A stretch of 64,000 nucleotides of DNA from Candidatus Thorarchaeota archaeon (lineage in GTDB: Archaea; Asgardarchaeota; Thorarchaeia; Thorarchaeales; Thorarchaeaceae). Every line of letters starts with the position of its first letter. Position 1 is the stretch's first letter. Positions 28,926 through 37,734 of this stretch are shown here, piece by piece. The translations under genes and the position numbers were made by a program. Below the pieces are notes generated by a model, which saw only the letters and a list, made by a program, of their open reading frames with translations, had not been told where the DNA came from and did not search any database. Location of the stretch: contig CAVSBO010000018.1 of NCBI GenBank assembly GCA_963726195.1, positions 1-64,000 of the forward strand, given 5' to 3'.

Positions 28926-28945
28926 GTCTGAATCATTGATACGAG
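28795..28945 (+). ncRNA. Putative stand-alone TnpB omega-RNA (scaffold plus flank-derived guide)
   Basis: TATA-like TTTAAAT at 28764; hairpin 28798-28822; GGGCG/CGCCC stem whose loop GTCAAC (28833-28838) can pair with terminal GTTGAC (28920-28925); RE hairpin. Confidence 0.6.
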
Positions 28946-29073
28946 AGTAATGCGCCACGCAACTATGAGCCGTCACAAGGGAAGATTAAAAAGCGAAACT
29001 CAGGAAGGCGCCCGCCTGTAGTACGAATAGCCCAGTCAAAAGGCCGTTCGATAAGGGACAAGTGGTGTTCTAG

Positions 29074-30081
29074 ATGGCTCACAGAAAGAAGCATCAGCCT
29101 AAGCGTGGCAGTCTCGCATACTTGCCACGAGGTCGGGCTTCCAAGTTCGTCCCTAGGATTATGAACTGGCCTGAGTGGAAGGGCTCGGCTGCAAAACTAC
29201 TTGGTTTCGCCGGCTACAAGGCTGGCATGACTCATGCAGTGGTTACAAATGACAACGTGAACAGCCCACTGAAAGGACAAGAAACAGTGGTGCCGGTGAC
29301 AGTCATTGATACGCCACCTGTGCGCCCGTTTTCAATTCGAGGCTACGAAGCCTTACCAACGGGTCTTAGACTAGTCACAGAAGTGCTTGCAGGGAATCTT
29401 TCCGAGGATCTTCGAAAAGTGATGCCTATCCCCAAAGAGTACGACCAAGCTGCAAAGATGCAGGAGTTCGAGTCAAAGATTGACTCCCTCGCCGAGATCC
29501 GGATGTTAATTCACACTCAGCCAAGGCTCGCAGGAGTGCCTAAGAAGAAGCCCGATGTGATGGAATACAAGGTGGGTGCCCCGAGTGTCAGTGAGGCGTT
29601 CAAGTATGCCCAGACTATCTTGGGAGCCGACTTGCGTATCGCAGATATCATAACCGACGGTGTGATGGTGGATACAATCGCCGTAACAAAGGGGCACGGA
29701 AATCAAGGCCCAGTACGTCGATGGGGCGTTGGAATACTCCAGCACAAATCAAGGAAGACGAAGCGCGGAGTAGGAACTCTTGGTCCTTGGAACCCTAGCA
29801 GCATCCGATACACAGTTCCCCGAGCTGGGCAGACAGGCTTTCATTCGCGTACCAGCTTCAATAATCCTGTAATCAAAGTTGGTGAGCGTGGTGAGGAAAT
29901 CACGCCCTCAGGCGGATTCGTGCACTATGGGGTCATTCGCGGCGATTATGTCATGCTAATGGGACATGTGCCTGGGACAATCAAGAGACCCATTCGACTG
30001 AGGTTCGCTATCCGTCCTCGAAGGAACTACACTGGAGCTCCGATACGGCCCAGCTACATCAGCACTTCATCGAAGCAATAG
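29074..30081 (+). CDS. rpl3: 50S ribosomal protein L3
   Basis: PKRGSLAYLPR, FAGYKAGMTH, VTKGHG.QGPV.RWG. Confidence 0.97.
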   Translation: MAHRKKHQPKRGSLAYLPRGRASKFVPRIMNWPEWKGSAAKLLGFAGYKAGMTHAVVTNDNVNSPLKGQETVVPVTVIDTPPVRPFSIRGYEALPTGLRLVTEVLAGNLSEDLRKVMPIPKEYDQAAKMQEFESKIDSLAEIRMLIHTQPRLAGVPKKKPDVMEYKVGAPSVSEAFKYAQTILGADLRIADIITDGVMVDTIAVTKGHGNQGPVRRWGVGILQHKSRKTKRGVGTLGPWNPSSIRYTVPRAGQTGFHSRTSFNNPVIKVGERGEEITPSGGFVHYGVIRGDYVMLMGHVPGTIKRPIRLRFAIRPRRNYTGAPIRPSYISTSSKQ

Positions 30082-30097
30082 AAGGAGGGCGTAGACT

Positions 30098-30886
30098 GTG
30101 ACAAGTGTCAAGACTTATTCATTGAAGGGAAAAGCAGGAACTCCAATCGAATTGCCAGTTCAATTCGCGACTCCTTATCGCCCTGATATAATCAAGAGAG
30201 CAGTGCTAGCCTTACAGTCACTCAGATACCAGCCACACGGAGTGGATGAACTCGCTGGTAAACGAACTAGTGCTCAAAGCTGGCAGACCGGCCGCGCGAA
30301 GGCACGAGTGCCGAGGGTGAAGGGTGCCGGTAGCCGGGCATCCAGCCAAGGCGCGTTTGTTCCCGGAACAGTTGGTGGTCGTCAAGCTCACCCGCCAGAG
30401 ACTCGAAAGGTTATCGTAGAGAGAATCAACATTAAAGAGCGCAGGCTAGCGATTCGTTCAGCAATTGCAGCAACCGCGAACAGCGAGCTGGTAAAAGCTC
30501 GAGGGCATAGAATCGAATCGGTACCACAGATTCCTCTCGTGGTCAGTGATGATCTTGAGTCACTCGATACCACAAAGGCAGTAGAGGCGGCAGTGTCGGC
30601 CCTAGGTCTCTCAGACGACCTGAAACGTGCATCAGATGGTCGTTCCATCAGGGCTGGCAAGGGAAAGATGCGAGGTCGTAAGATGAAGACACCAAAGTCT
30701 TTCCTTATTGTTGTCAGTTCTGACAAGGGTATACGAAAGGCTGCACGCAACCTCCCGGGCGTTGATACAATCGAGGTTCATGGCTTGAATGCAGAGCAAC
30801 TAACTCCCGGGACTCATCCTGGTCGCCTTGTGGTTTGGACTGAAGCGGCAATCTCCGAGTTAGAAAAGGGGAACCTGTTCATGTGA
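30098..30886 (+). CDS. rpl4: 50S ribosomal protein L4
   Basis: YRPDII.RAV, AG.RTSA.SW.TGR, GGRQAHPP, RAGKGKMRGR. Confidence 0.97.
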   Translation: MTSVKTYSLKGKAGTPIELPVQFATPYRPDIIKRAVLALQSLRYQPHGVDELAGKRTSAQSWQTGRAKARVPRVKGAGSRASSQGAFVPGTVGGRQAHPPETRKVIVERINIKERRLAIRSAIAATANSELVKARGHRIESVPQIPLVVSDDLESLDTTKAVEAAVSALGLSDDLKRASDGRSIRAGKGKMRGRKMKTPKSFLIVVSSDKGIRKAARNLPGVDTIEVHGLNAEQLTPGTHPGRLVVWTEAAISELEKGNLFM

Positions 30887-30898
30887 GGTGGCTGAACG

Positions 30899-31162
30899 AT
30901 GATAGATCCGAATGAAATCATTATCCGGCCCGTTGTGACAGAAGCAAGCCTAGGCGCAGTTGATAGGCAGAACAAGTTGGTATTCTATGTCGCTCGCTCT
31001 GCCAACAAGAACACGATCAAGTGGGCAGTAGAGACCCTCTATGATGTTGTTGTGGAAAAGGTGAACACACTCATAATGCCCGATGGCAGGAAGAAGGCAA
31101 TACTACGCCTGTCGCCTGAGTACAGTGCCGCCGACGTTGCGACGAAGCTCGGGATATTCTAA
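30899..31162 (+). CDS. rpl23: 50S ribosomal protein L23
   Basis: PVVTEAS, NKLVF.V...ANK..IK, KVNTLI...G.KKA. Confidence 0.96.
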   Translation: MIDPNEIIIRPVVTEASLGAVDRQNKLVFYVARSANKNTIKWAVETLYDVVVEKVNTLIMPDGRKKAILRLSPEYSAADVATKLGIF

Positions 31163-31174
31163 GGAGGTGTCTGA

Positions 31175-31894
31175 GTGGGAAAACGCATTCTAGTTCAACG
31201 GAAAGGAAGAGGCGCACAACAGTTCACCTCACCTAGGCAGAAGAAGATAGCTCCTGCGAGACACCCGAAGTGGGCCCCCGGCAAGACGTACGTCGGTGTC
31301 ATAACTGATCTTCACCACGAATCAGGTCGAGGCGCTCCTCTCGCGAAGGTGCGATTCCGGGGCGAGTCTCAGCCTTTCTTCATGGTTGCTCCCGAAGGAG
31401 CCCGCGTAGGCCAAGAGGTTGAGTGCGGCGATGACGCGGCTCTAGCGAATGGTAATACGTTGATGCTCCAGCACATACCGGAAGGCATGCCCATCTACAA
31501 TATCGAGGCAAGCCCCGGTGATGGAGGCAAGTTCGTAAGAGCATCCGGGCTTACAGCGAGCATCATCTCTTCCGACAAGACACGGACCATAATCAAGCTG
31601 CCGAGCGGGGCACAGAAGACTTTCAGTCCTCGCTGCAGAGCCACGATTGGGATAGTAGGCGGAGGCGGGCGGCTCGAGAAACCCCTCCTAAAGGCAGGTG
31701 CTGCCTGGCATCTCGCGAGCGGCAAGGCACGCAAGTGGCCGACTGTCCGAGGAGATACAATGAACCCAGTTGCTCACCCTCACGGTGGCGGGTCACACCA
31801 GTCACCAAGTCATCCTACGACCGTAAGCAGAAATGCGCCGCCGGGCGCGAAGGTTGGCCACATTGCTGCTCGCAGGACTGGTCGCAAGAGGTAG
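31175..31894 (+). CDS. rpl2: 50S ribosomal protein L2
   Basis: MGKRILVQRKG, GRGAPLA, MNPVAHPHGGG, PPGAKVGHIAARRTG. Confidence 0.97.
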   Translation: MGKRILVQRKGRGAQQFTSPRQKKIAPARHPKWAPGKTYVGVITDLHHESGRGAPLAKVRFRGESQPFFMVAPEGARVGQEVECGDDAALANGNTLMLQHIPEGMPIYNIEASPGDGGKFVRASGLTASIISSDKTRTIIKLPSGAQKTFSPRCRATIGIVGGGGRLEKPLLKAGAAWHLASGKARKWPTVRGDTMNPVAHPHGGGSHQSPSHPTTVSRNAPPGAKVGHIAARRTGRKR

Positions 31895-32022
31895 GAACTC
31901 ATCATAACCATGAAGAGACTAGCTCTCTTCATCCGCTTCTTTTACCAAATCGCTGCAAAACCAGAGTTCAGTATTACACGAGTACATATCTTTCTGGTAG
32001 GTTCCGCGTTCGAGGACTACGA

Positions 32023-32209
32023 ATGCGTTCTCATCGCAGTGCACTTGCCGGAAAAACTGGTGGACGACATACAACGTCTGGTTGACAATGGTCTCTACCC
32101 GAACCGTTCAGAAACGATTCGAATCGCCATCCGAGACCTTCTGAAGAGAGAACTCTGGGTGCACGGCAATGAAGTACGCGAACTGCCGGGCGAGGCTTCC
32201 AAACAATGA
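32023..32209 (+). CDS. cdrS: CdrS-like ribbon-helix-helix regulator; apparent 1-nt insertion in codon 2-3
   Basis: IAVHLPEKLVDDIQRLVDNGLYPNRSETIRIAIRDLL; overlaps the ftsZ start (ATGA); SD GAGG plus ATG at 32023 is one base out of frame. Confidence 0.8.
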
Positions 32210-33477
32210 AGTCACTGGTCGATGATGCAAGGGAACATATCCGCGGAGAGCGGAGCGTGTCAACGGGTCGCGACATGGGACAGGCCAGGATTGTCGTTAT
32301 TGGATGTGGTGGAGCAGGAAACAACACCATCAAGCGGCTCATGACCATCGGAGTCCAAGGTGCCGAGTGCATTGCCATTAACACTGACCGGCAGCACTTG
32401 GCAGTCACAACTGCTCATCGCAAGTTGTTGATTGGCGAAAGGATTACGCGAGGACTTGGTGCTGGCGGTAATCCACATGTGGGTCAAGCCGCAGCCGAAG
32501 ACTCTATTCCGCAGATTACAGAGTTGCTTCGAGACGCGGACCTGGTTTTTATCACAGCGGGCATGGGCGGAGGCACGGGCACCGGGAGTGCGCCAGTCGT
32601 CGCCGAGATTGCAAAGAAGAATGATGCAATAGTTGTGGGCGTAGTGACAATGCCCTTTGAGTTGGAGAGAACACGCATAGACAAGGCAAAGGTTGGACTG
32701 GCTCGCCTGCAGGAAAACGCCGACACTGTGGTTGTGATTGACAATCAGAAGCTCATGGAACTCGTCCCAGATCTTCCTCTTGAAGAGGCCTTTGGGGTTG
32801 CAGACGAGGTGCTTGCAGGTATGGTGAAAGGCATCACGGAAACCATAACCATGCCTAGCCTGATCAATCTGGATTATGCAGACGTCCGGTCGATAATATG
32901 CAATGGCGGGGTTGCTCTTGTCGGACTAGGTGAAGCGACTGGTCAGAATCGTTCCGAGACCGCCATCCAGAACGCGTTGAATAGCCCGCTGCTAGAAGTT
33001 GACTGGAATGGAGCAACCGGTGCATTGATTCATATCACGGGCGGCCCCGACATGTCCCTAGCAGAGGCTAACAATGTGGGGGAGATGATATCTCGGAAGA
33101 TGAGTGTCGACGCCAATGTGATTTGGGGTGCTCGTGTTGATCCTCGCCTGACTGGGATGTTGCGCGTGATGCTGATACTCACGGGTGTCAAGAGCCCACA
33201 GTTGCTTCCTCGATCCAAAGAGGAAAGACCGGTTGCCCCCGGCCGGAGGAATCTCGGAGACCTAGGCGTTCTTCCGTCTCAAGCTGGCTCCATAGATCCT
33301 CGGAAGATTAAGGAAGAATTCAGAGCCCTTGGCAAGATTCCTGCATACCCACGTCAGGGGTCGTGGGAGGACCGGCTCAAGCCGATTGACAAGCGGCAGC
33401 ACGAGCACGGATCGGAACGAGACTCTGCCGAGAAGAAGAAGAACTTGGACGAGCTTGGCCTGCGAAGGCTCCTATGA
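32206..33477 (+). CDS. ftsZ: Cell division protein FtsZ (FtsZ2-like by synteny) with long C-terminal tail
   Basis: GCGGAGNN, INTD, GLGAGGNP, AGMGGGTGTG, INLDYADV. Confidence 0.96.
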   Translation: MKSLVDDAREHIRGERSVSTGRDMGQARIVVIGCGGAGNNTIKRLMTIGVQGAECIAINTDRQHLAVTTAHRKLLIGERITRGLGAGGNPHVGQAAAEDSIPQITELLRDADLVFITAGMGGGTGTGSAPVVAEIAKKNDAIVVGVVTMPFELERTRIDKAKVGLARLQENADTVVVIDNQKLMELVPDLPLEEAFGVADEVLAGMVKGITETITMPSLINLDYADVRSIICNGGVALVGLGEATGQNRSETAIQNALNSPLLEVDWNGATGALIHITGGPDMSLAEANNVGEMISRKMSVDANVIWGARVDPRLTGMLRVMLILTGVKSPQLLPRSKEERPVAPGRRNLGDLGVLPSQAGSIDPRKIKEEFRALGKIPAYPRQGSWEDRLKPIDKRQHEHGSERDSAEKKKNLDELGLRRLL

Positions 33478-33592
33478 ATGATGCCACGAGCGTAGCTCAA
33501 ATTTGTCCTAAGAAGTCAGACGCCACACTATCTGATTTGATTACATCTATATCTCACTAGAGCTGAGGGAAATCTCTGTCTCGGACTTAGTG

Positions 33593-34048
33593 TCACTCCG
33601 TCTTGCCTGTTTTGCTCTCAAGACCGTGCTCTGTCATCCAGTCTTTGGCTATCGCAGCAACACGTTCGTAAAGTGGACCTGAACCGTCTACGCCTTCAGG
33701 TGTAATGCGTATCTTGTTCATGACGACGATTACCTGTGTATCTGGGAAGTAGCGAACTCCTCCCGGTGGGAAATTCGTCTCAATCTTCTTGGCAAGTCCT
33801 TCTAGACTGATTTCCTTCTCCGCGACGGAAAACGACACAATGCTGCCGCCGTATATGAAAATCTTGGGTATATTCTGTTCCTCACCCTGTATGGTCACGT
33901 CCGACAGCACTATGCTCAAAGTCGCCTGATCGAATCCTTTCAAAGTACCCGTGTATGTCTTCCCTGTAGTCGTGGTCACGTTGATGGTCGACCCGACCAC
34001 AGAAGCAACCTCACGGTTGAAGGCTCTCATTGCTGTGGCATCTGACAT
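33593..34048 (-). CDS. Sm-like protein with C-terminal domain (SmAP3-like)
   Basis: Sm fold (G.TY.G.L.GFD..TLSIVL.DV) plus ~70 aa extension FPPGGVRYF...GSGPLYERV. Confidence 0.85.
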   Translation of the reverse strand: MSDATAMRAFNREVASVVGSTINVTTTTGKTYTGTLKGFDQATLSIVLSDVTIQGEEQNIPKIFIYGGSIVSFSVAEKEISLEGLAKKIETNFPPGGVRYFPDTQVIVVMNKIRITPEGVDGSGPLYERVAAIAKDWMTEHGLESKTGKTE

Positions 34049-34254
34049 CTCTAATCACCTTCAAGAGGTAATACTAGAACGAGCCATCCCTATGCCGTTG
34101 TCTTAAAAGTGATGCTCCCTGTCAGCGATTGTCCCGCGTAGCTCATGGATGAGCTCCCGCGGTGCATACGGACCGTCCAATCGTGTTGCCGCGTAACAAT
34201 AGGTTATTAGCCCTACACTGAGTCAATCCCTACGGCCGAGGTGACTGATACAGC

Positions 34255-35094
34255 TTGACCACTTCTGCAAGGCACTTTGCTCTTCAGTACATCCGTGAAG
34301 AAGCACTTCCCACACCCTTTTGCCCAGGATGCGGCAATGGAACAATCATGAACGTCTTTCTCAAAGCAGTGAAGGACTTGGGGCATGAAGATCTCAGGGG
34401 GTTCGCATTCGTCTCAGGAATCGGATGTGCCTCGTGGACCATTTCTCCTCACTTTCTTGCAGATACGCTGCACACGACACATGGCCGTGCGCTTGCCTTT
34501 GCTACTGGATTGAAGCTTGCTCGCCCCGAGCTCAAAGTGGTTGTAATAAGCGGCGATGGCGACTTGGCTGCAATAGGAGGCAATCATCTCATCCATGCCG
34601 CACGCCGCAATATCGACATGACCGTGATATGCAGCAACAACTACAACTACGGAATGACAGGCGGCCAAGTTGGCCCGACCACTTTCACAGGCGATAGAAC
34701 AACGACGAGCCCCTATGGTAACCCTGAGCGGCCTTTCGATTTGGCACGGCTCGTGGCCGCGGCTGGTGCGAACTATGTTGCCCGGTGGACAACTGCTCAC
34801 CCAATTCAAGCCTCACGATCCATCAAGAAGGCGCTTGAACGCAAAGGATTCTCTTTCATTGAAATGCTCAGTCAATGCCCGACTTCGTATGGTCGTCGGG
34901 TCAAGATGCCAGCTCCTACGGACATGCTCCAATGGTTCAAGACTCTGCCTGTGAAGAAACCCGATACTCCAATCGAGTACATGGTTCCCACGAAGGAAGG
35001 ACAGGATCTGGGAGAGTTCGTTGATAGGGAAGAGATGGACTATGCCGAAGCCCTGAAGCAAATGGCTGCACGCATAGGAGGCAAGTCAGAGTGA
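34255..35094 (+). CDS. korB: 2-oxoacid:ferredoxin oxidoreductase beta subunit
   Basis: FCPGCG, VSGIGC, HTTHGRA, GDGD..AIGGNH, NYGMTGGQ. Confidence 0.93.
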   Translation: MTTSARHFALQYIREEALPTPFCPGCGNGTIMNVFLKAVKDLGHEDLRGFAFVSGIGCASWTISPHFLADTLHTTHGRALAFATGLKLARPELKVVVISGDGDLAAIGGNHLIHAARRNIDMTVICSNNYNYGMTGGQVGPTTFTGDRTTTSPYGNPERPFDLARLVAAAGANYVARWTTAHPIQASRSIKKALERKGFSFIEMLSQCPTSYGRRVKMPAPTDMLQWFKTLPVKKPDTPIEYMVPTKEGQDLGEFVDREEMDYAEALKQMAARIGGKSE

Positions 35095-35618
35095 GGGTGG
35101 AAATACGCATCGCAGGCACTGGTGGGATGGGAGTCGTTCTTGCCGGTGTGCTTGTTGGTCATGCGGCAGTGGTCCACGCGGGTCTTGATGCCATTCAGAC
35201 ACAGAGTTATGGTTCTGAGGCGCGAGGAACTGATGCCAAGAGCGAGGTAATCGTAAGCGACCGGCCCATACATTATCCCAAGGTCCTGAAGGCAGACTAT
35301 AGCGTATTGATGTCACAGAAGGCTTTCGACACGAATATTGACGGAGCCAAGCGGGGGAGCACGGTCATCATTGATCCAGACTTGGTGAACGCTGAGGACT
35401 CCACCGCGGAGTACAGCATTGTGCCCGTGAAAGCAATGAGCATCGCTGACGGTCTTGGTCAGCGGGTGGTCTCAAATATGGTGATGCTGGGTGCTCTAGT
35501 GAAGATGTCTGGAGTCTTTCCGATTGAAGCACTTGAGAAGGCCATGGCCGACATGTTGCCCGCCAAGGCACAGGCACTTAACCTGCAAGCCGTGCATGCC
35601 GGTTGCGATCAGGTCTAA
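35091..35618 (+). CDS. korC: 2-oxoacid:ferredoxin oxidoreductase gamma subunit
   Basis: IRIAGTGGMGVVLAG, QSYGSEARG, NMVMLGAL. Confidence 0.92.
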   Translation: MRVEIRIAGTGGMGVVLAGVLVGHAAVVHAGLDAIQTQSYGSEARGTDAKSEVIVSDRPIHYPKVLKADYSVLMSQKAFDTNIDGAKRGSTVIIDPDLVNAEDSTAEYSIVPVKAMSIADGLGQRVVSNMVMLGALVKMSGVFPIEALEKAMADMLPAKAQALNLQAVHAGCDQV

Positions 35619-35893
35619 CCACCGTGCACTAGAGGAAGTATGACTACGCTATCTCCGTTGCTAAGAGGAGTCTGAAGGCCGCCGGTCAGTTCCACATCTA
35701 CCCCATTCCGAAGCAATAGGGTGTTCTGGTTGACTTGTTCAGGGCTAGACCATACCCCTCTGACTTCCTCTCTAGCGTCAATGAGCCTCTGCAGCAATTC
35801 ACGCAAACTGACGTTGCCCTCGAAATCCAAGCTAGTCTCAGTCATGCCCATTCTTCCGGCAATTGGCCCCCTGAACCTAACGCTGATTCTCAT
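35615..35893 (-). CDS. MoaD/ThiS/SAMP ubiquitin-like protein
   Basis: 92 aa beta-grasp pattern, LRNG...GLQTPL..GD.V.ILPLVHGG C-terminal di-Gly. Confidence 0.9.
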   Translation of the reverse strand: MRISVRFRGPIAGRMGMTETSLDFEGNVSLRELLQRLIDAREEVRGVWSSPEQVNQNTLLLRNGVDVELTGGLQTPLSNGDSVVILPLVHGG

Positions 35894-35960
35894 GGCAATC
35901 GCCCTCACATATGGCATCTTGAAGATAAAAGAATCAAGTTACCTTGCAAACGGGCAATCT

Positions 35961-36920
35961 CTAGCCAATCGCCAAGGACTGCTTCAGAACATCAGGGTTC
36001 ACTCGTCCAGCTTTGAGTGTTCTGCCGCTGGTTACGTCATTGACAGTGATTTCAGCAGGGCCCAACAGAGCGGGATCTAGTTTGTCAAGATCAAATGCGA
36101 CTGACTTGAGGATGTTGTAGAGGGGCCGCCCGTATGCTGACGATGCGGATGATGAAGCTCTTTCCACCAAGGCGTCTAGATTATCGCTCTCATCTGCCTT
36201 TACGAAGAAGAAGACTTTTCCACCATAAAGAATGCAATCATTGGCCATGCCCGTCGCTTTGTTGCTGTCCTTGTTGACCGGAGCGACCGGAGCGATACCA
36301 TGACCCGTCCTAATCCCTGCTGGTTCGAATCCAAGGGTCATGAGTCTGTATACACCGGTATCGACCACTCTTGCAGACATCACCAAACAACCAGCAATAC
36401 TCGTAGTAGGCGCAAGAATGCAGTAGAGATCAGTTGCGGAGATGCCGCACGAATCCGCAATTGATTGTGTGACGCTATCGGAAGGAGGTTCCCTTGTTTC
36501 TAGGCAGATTACTCCAACTCTGGAATCATCCCTGTAATCCAGCCTATCAAACAGCTCTCTCTCGGCACTTGCCAATGCCCTTGCGGGACCGGAGCATCTT
36601 GCGACGTGTTCACCAATCCTAATCTCCCAACCAGCATGCTGCGAGCCCAGCGTAGCAAGCTTGGGCTGGTCCGTCCCGACGACCACCGAGGGCAGAGTCA
36701 TGTCTCCTATGTGCATACTAGTGACTCTCACTGCTCCGAGTCCTCCTAGACAAGCTTCGGCACAAAGTCGGCCTGCTTCGATTCCGCCAGGCACCTTTAT
36801 TCCCGCATCAATCAAAGTTGTCCCGTTGGCCTGTACAGTCACTGCACATTGGAGTTTGTCTTTTCTGTCTATGATTTCCTGGACGATTTCCATGGCTTGC
36901 TCGTTGATGCTCGTCCTCAA
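35961..36920 (-). CDS. mch: Methenyl-H4MPT cyclohydrolase, divergent
   Basis: IDAGI..PGG.EAG, CLGGLG, LGSQHAGW, SGPARAL, APTTSIAG, NDCILYGG. Confidence 0.88.
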   Translation of the reverse strand: MRTSINEQAMEIVQEIIDRKDKLQCAVTVQANGTTLIDAGIKVPGGIEAGRLCAEACLGGLGAVRVTSMHIGDMTLPSVVVGTDQPKLATLGSQHAGWEIRIGEHVARCSGPARALASAERELFDRLDYRDDSRVGVICLETREPPSDSVTQSIADSCGISATDLYCILAPTTSIAGCLVMSARVVDTGVYRLMTLGFEPAGIRTGHGIAPVAPVNKDSNKATGMANDCILYGGKVFFFVKADESDNLDALVERASSSASSAYGRPLYNILKSVAFDLDKLDPALLGPAEITVNDVTSGRTLKAGRVNPDVLKQSLAIG

Positions 36921-36924
36921 TTAG

Positions 36925-37653
36925 TCAGTCCCCTACTACGGTCATTCTGCGGCTGAGCTTCTTCAGAACTCTTCGAGCTTTTGTGGCCACCGAGCTTATC
37001 TCACTGAGAGTGTAGGGCTTCACGAACTCCACAGCAGCGGACACAGTCTCTCTTCTTCCTTTGAAAACCTCCATTGCATCGATGATGAAACCAACCCTGT
37101 TGCCGGGGAACTTGTCCTTGGACGCAATGAGAGTCTTCTGTATCCTTCCTGCTTCATCCGGGAATGCTGCCGCGATTTTCGAAAGAGCCCTAACCGAGTG
37201 CCCTTGTAGAACTATGCTCTTATCGCTGAGAAAAGCGCTCATTGAGCCGATTGCGGATTTGACTTTGCGGTCTTTGTCAGCCTTAGCCATGTTACCAACG
37301 GTGCAGACCGCTTCCCAGCGGAGAACTGGTTCCTTTGCAGCAAGGTTAGCCAAGAACAGATCGAGATATGGAAGCAAGAGATCCGGGCTCACCTCCGATA
37401 CTAATGATGCAATCTCCGCACAACCACTCTGAACTCTAGTGATGTCTGACTGCAGGCCGGCAACAATCGCATCAACATATGCAGAAGGATCCTTCGATAT
37501 GTACAGGGTGAAGATATCCTTCGGCCGAGTGCCATCTTCCCATTTTCCAGCAAGAATCCTGTGGATATCCTTGACAGCCACCGCGTTCGCACTTCCGTTT
37601 GCATCGAGGACGTAGTCATGCATGCACTCCTGTATAGAGGTTTGTCCCAGCAC
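36925..37653 (-). CDS. Hypothetical HEAT/ARM-like helical repeat protein
   Basis: P.LL.PYL, LRWEAV..VGNMA, L.DKSIV.Q..S.RAL..IA repeats; start uncertain. Confidence 0.7.
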   Translation of the reverse strand: MLGQTSIQECMHDYVLDANGSANAVAVKDIHRILAGKWEDGTRPKDIFTLYISKDPSAYVDAIVAGLQSDITRVQSGCAEIASLVSEVSPDLLLPYLDLFLANLAAKEPVLRWEAVCTVGNMAKADKDRKVKSAIGSMSAFLSDKSIVLQGHSVRALSKIAAAFPDEAGRIQKTLIASKDKFPGNRVGFIIDAMEVFKGRRETVSAAVEFVKPYTLSEISSVATKARRVLKKLSRRMTVVGD

Positions 37654-37662
37654 AAATGACGA

Positions 37663-37670
37663 AACGTTTA
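37663..37670 (+). promoter_or_regulatory. BRE/TATA promoter of tRNA-Thr
   Basis: AACGTTTA, shared with the 5S and tRNA-Ile upstream regions. Confidence 0.5.
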
Positions 37671-37734
37671 TCTCTCGTCATAAGGCCAACAGCGCGGAAA
37701 ATGCGTCTGCCGGGCGATAGACGCATTCATGAAC

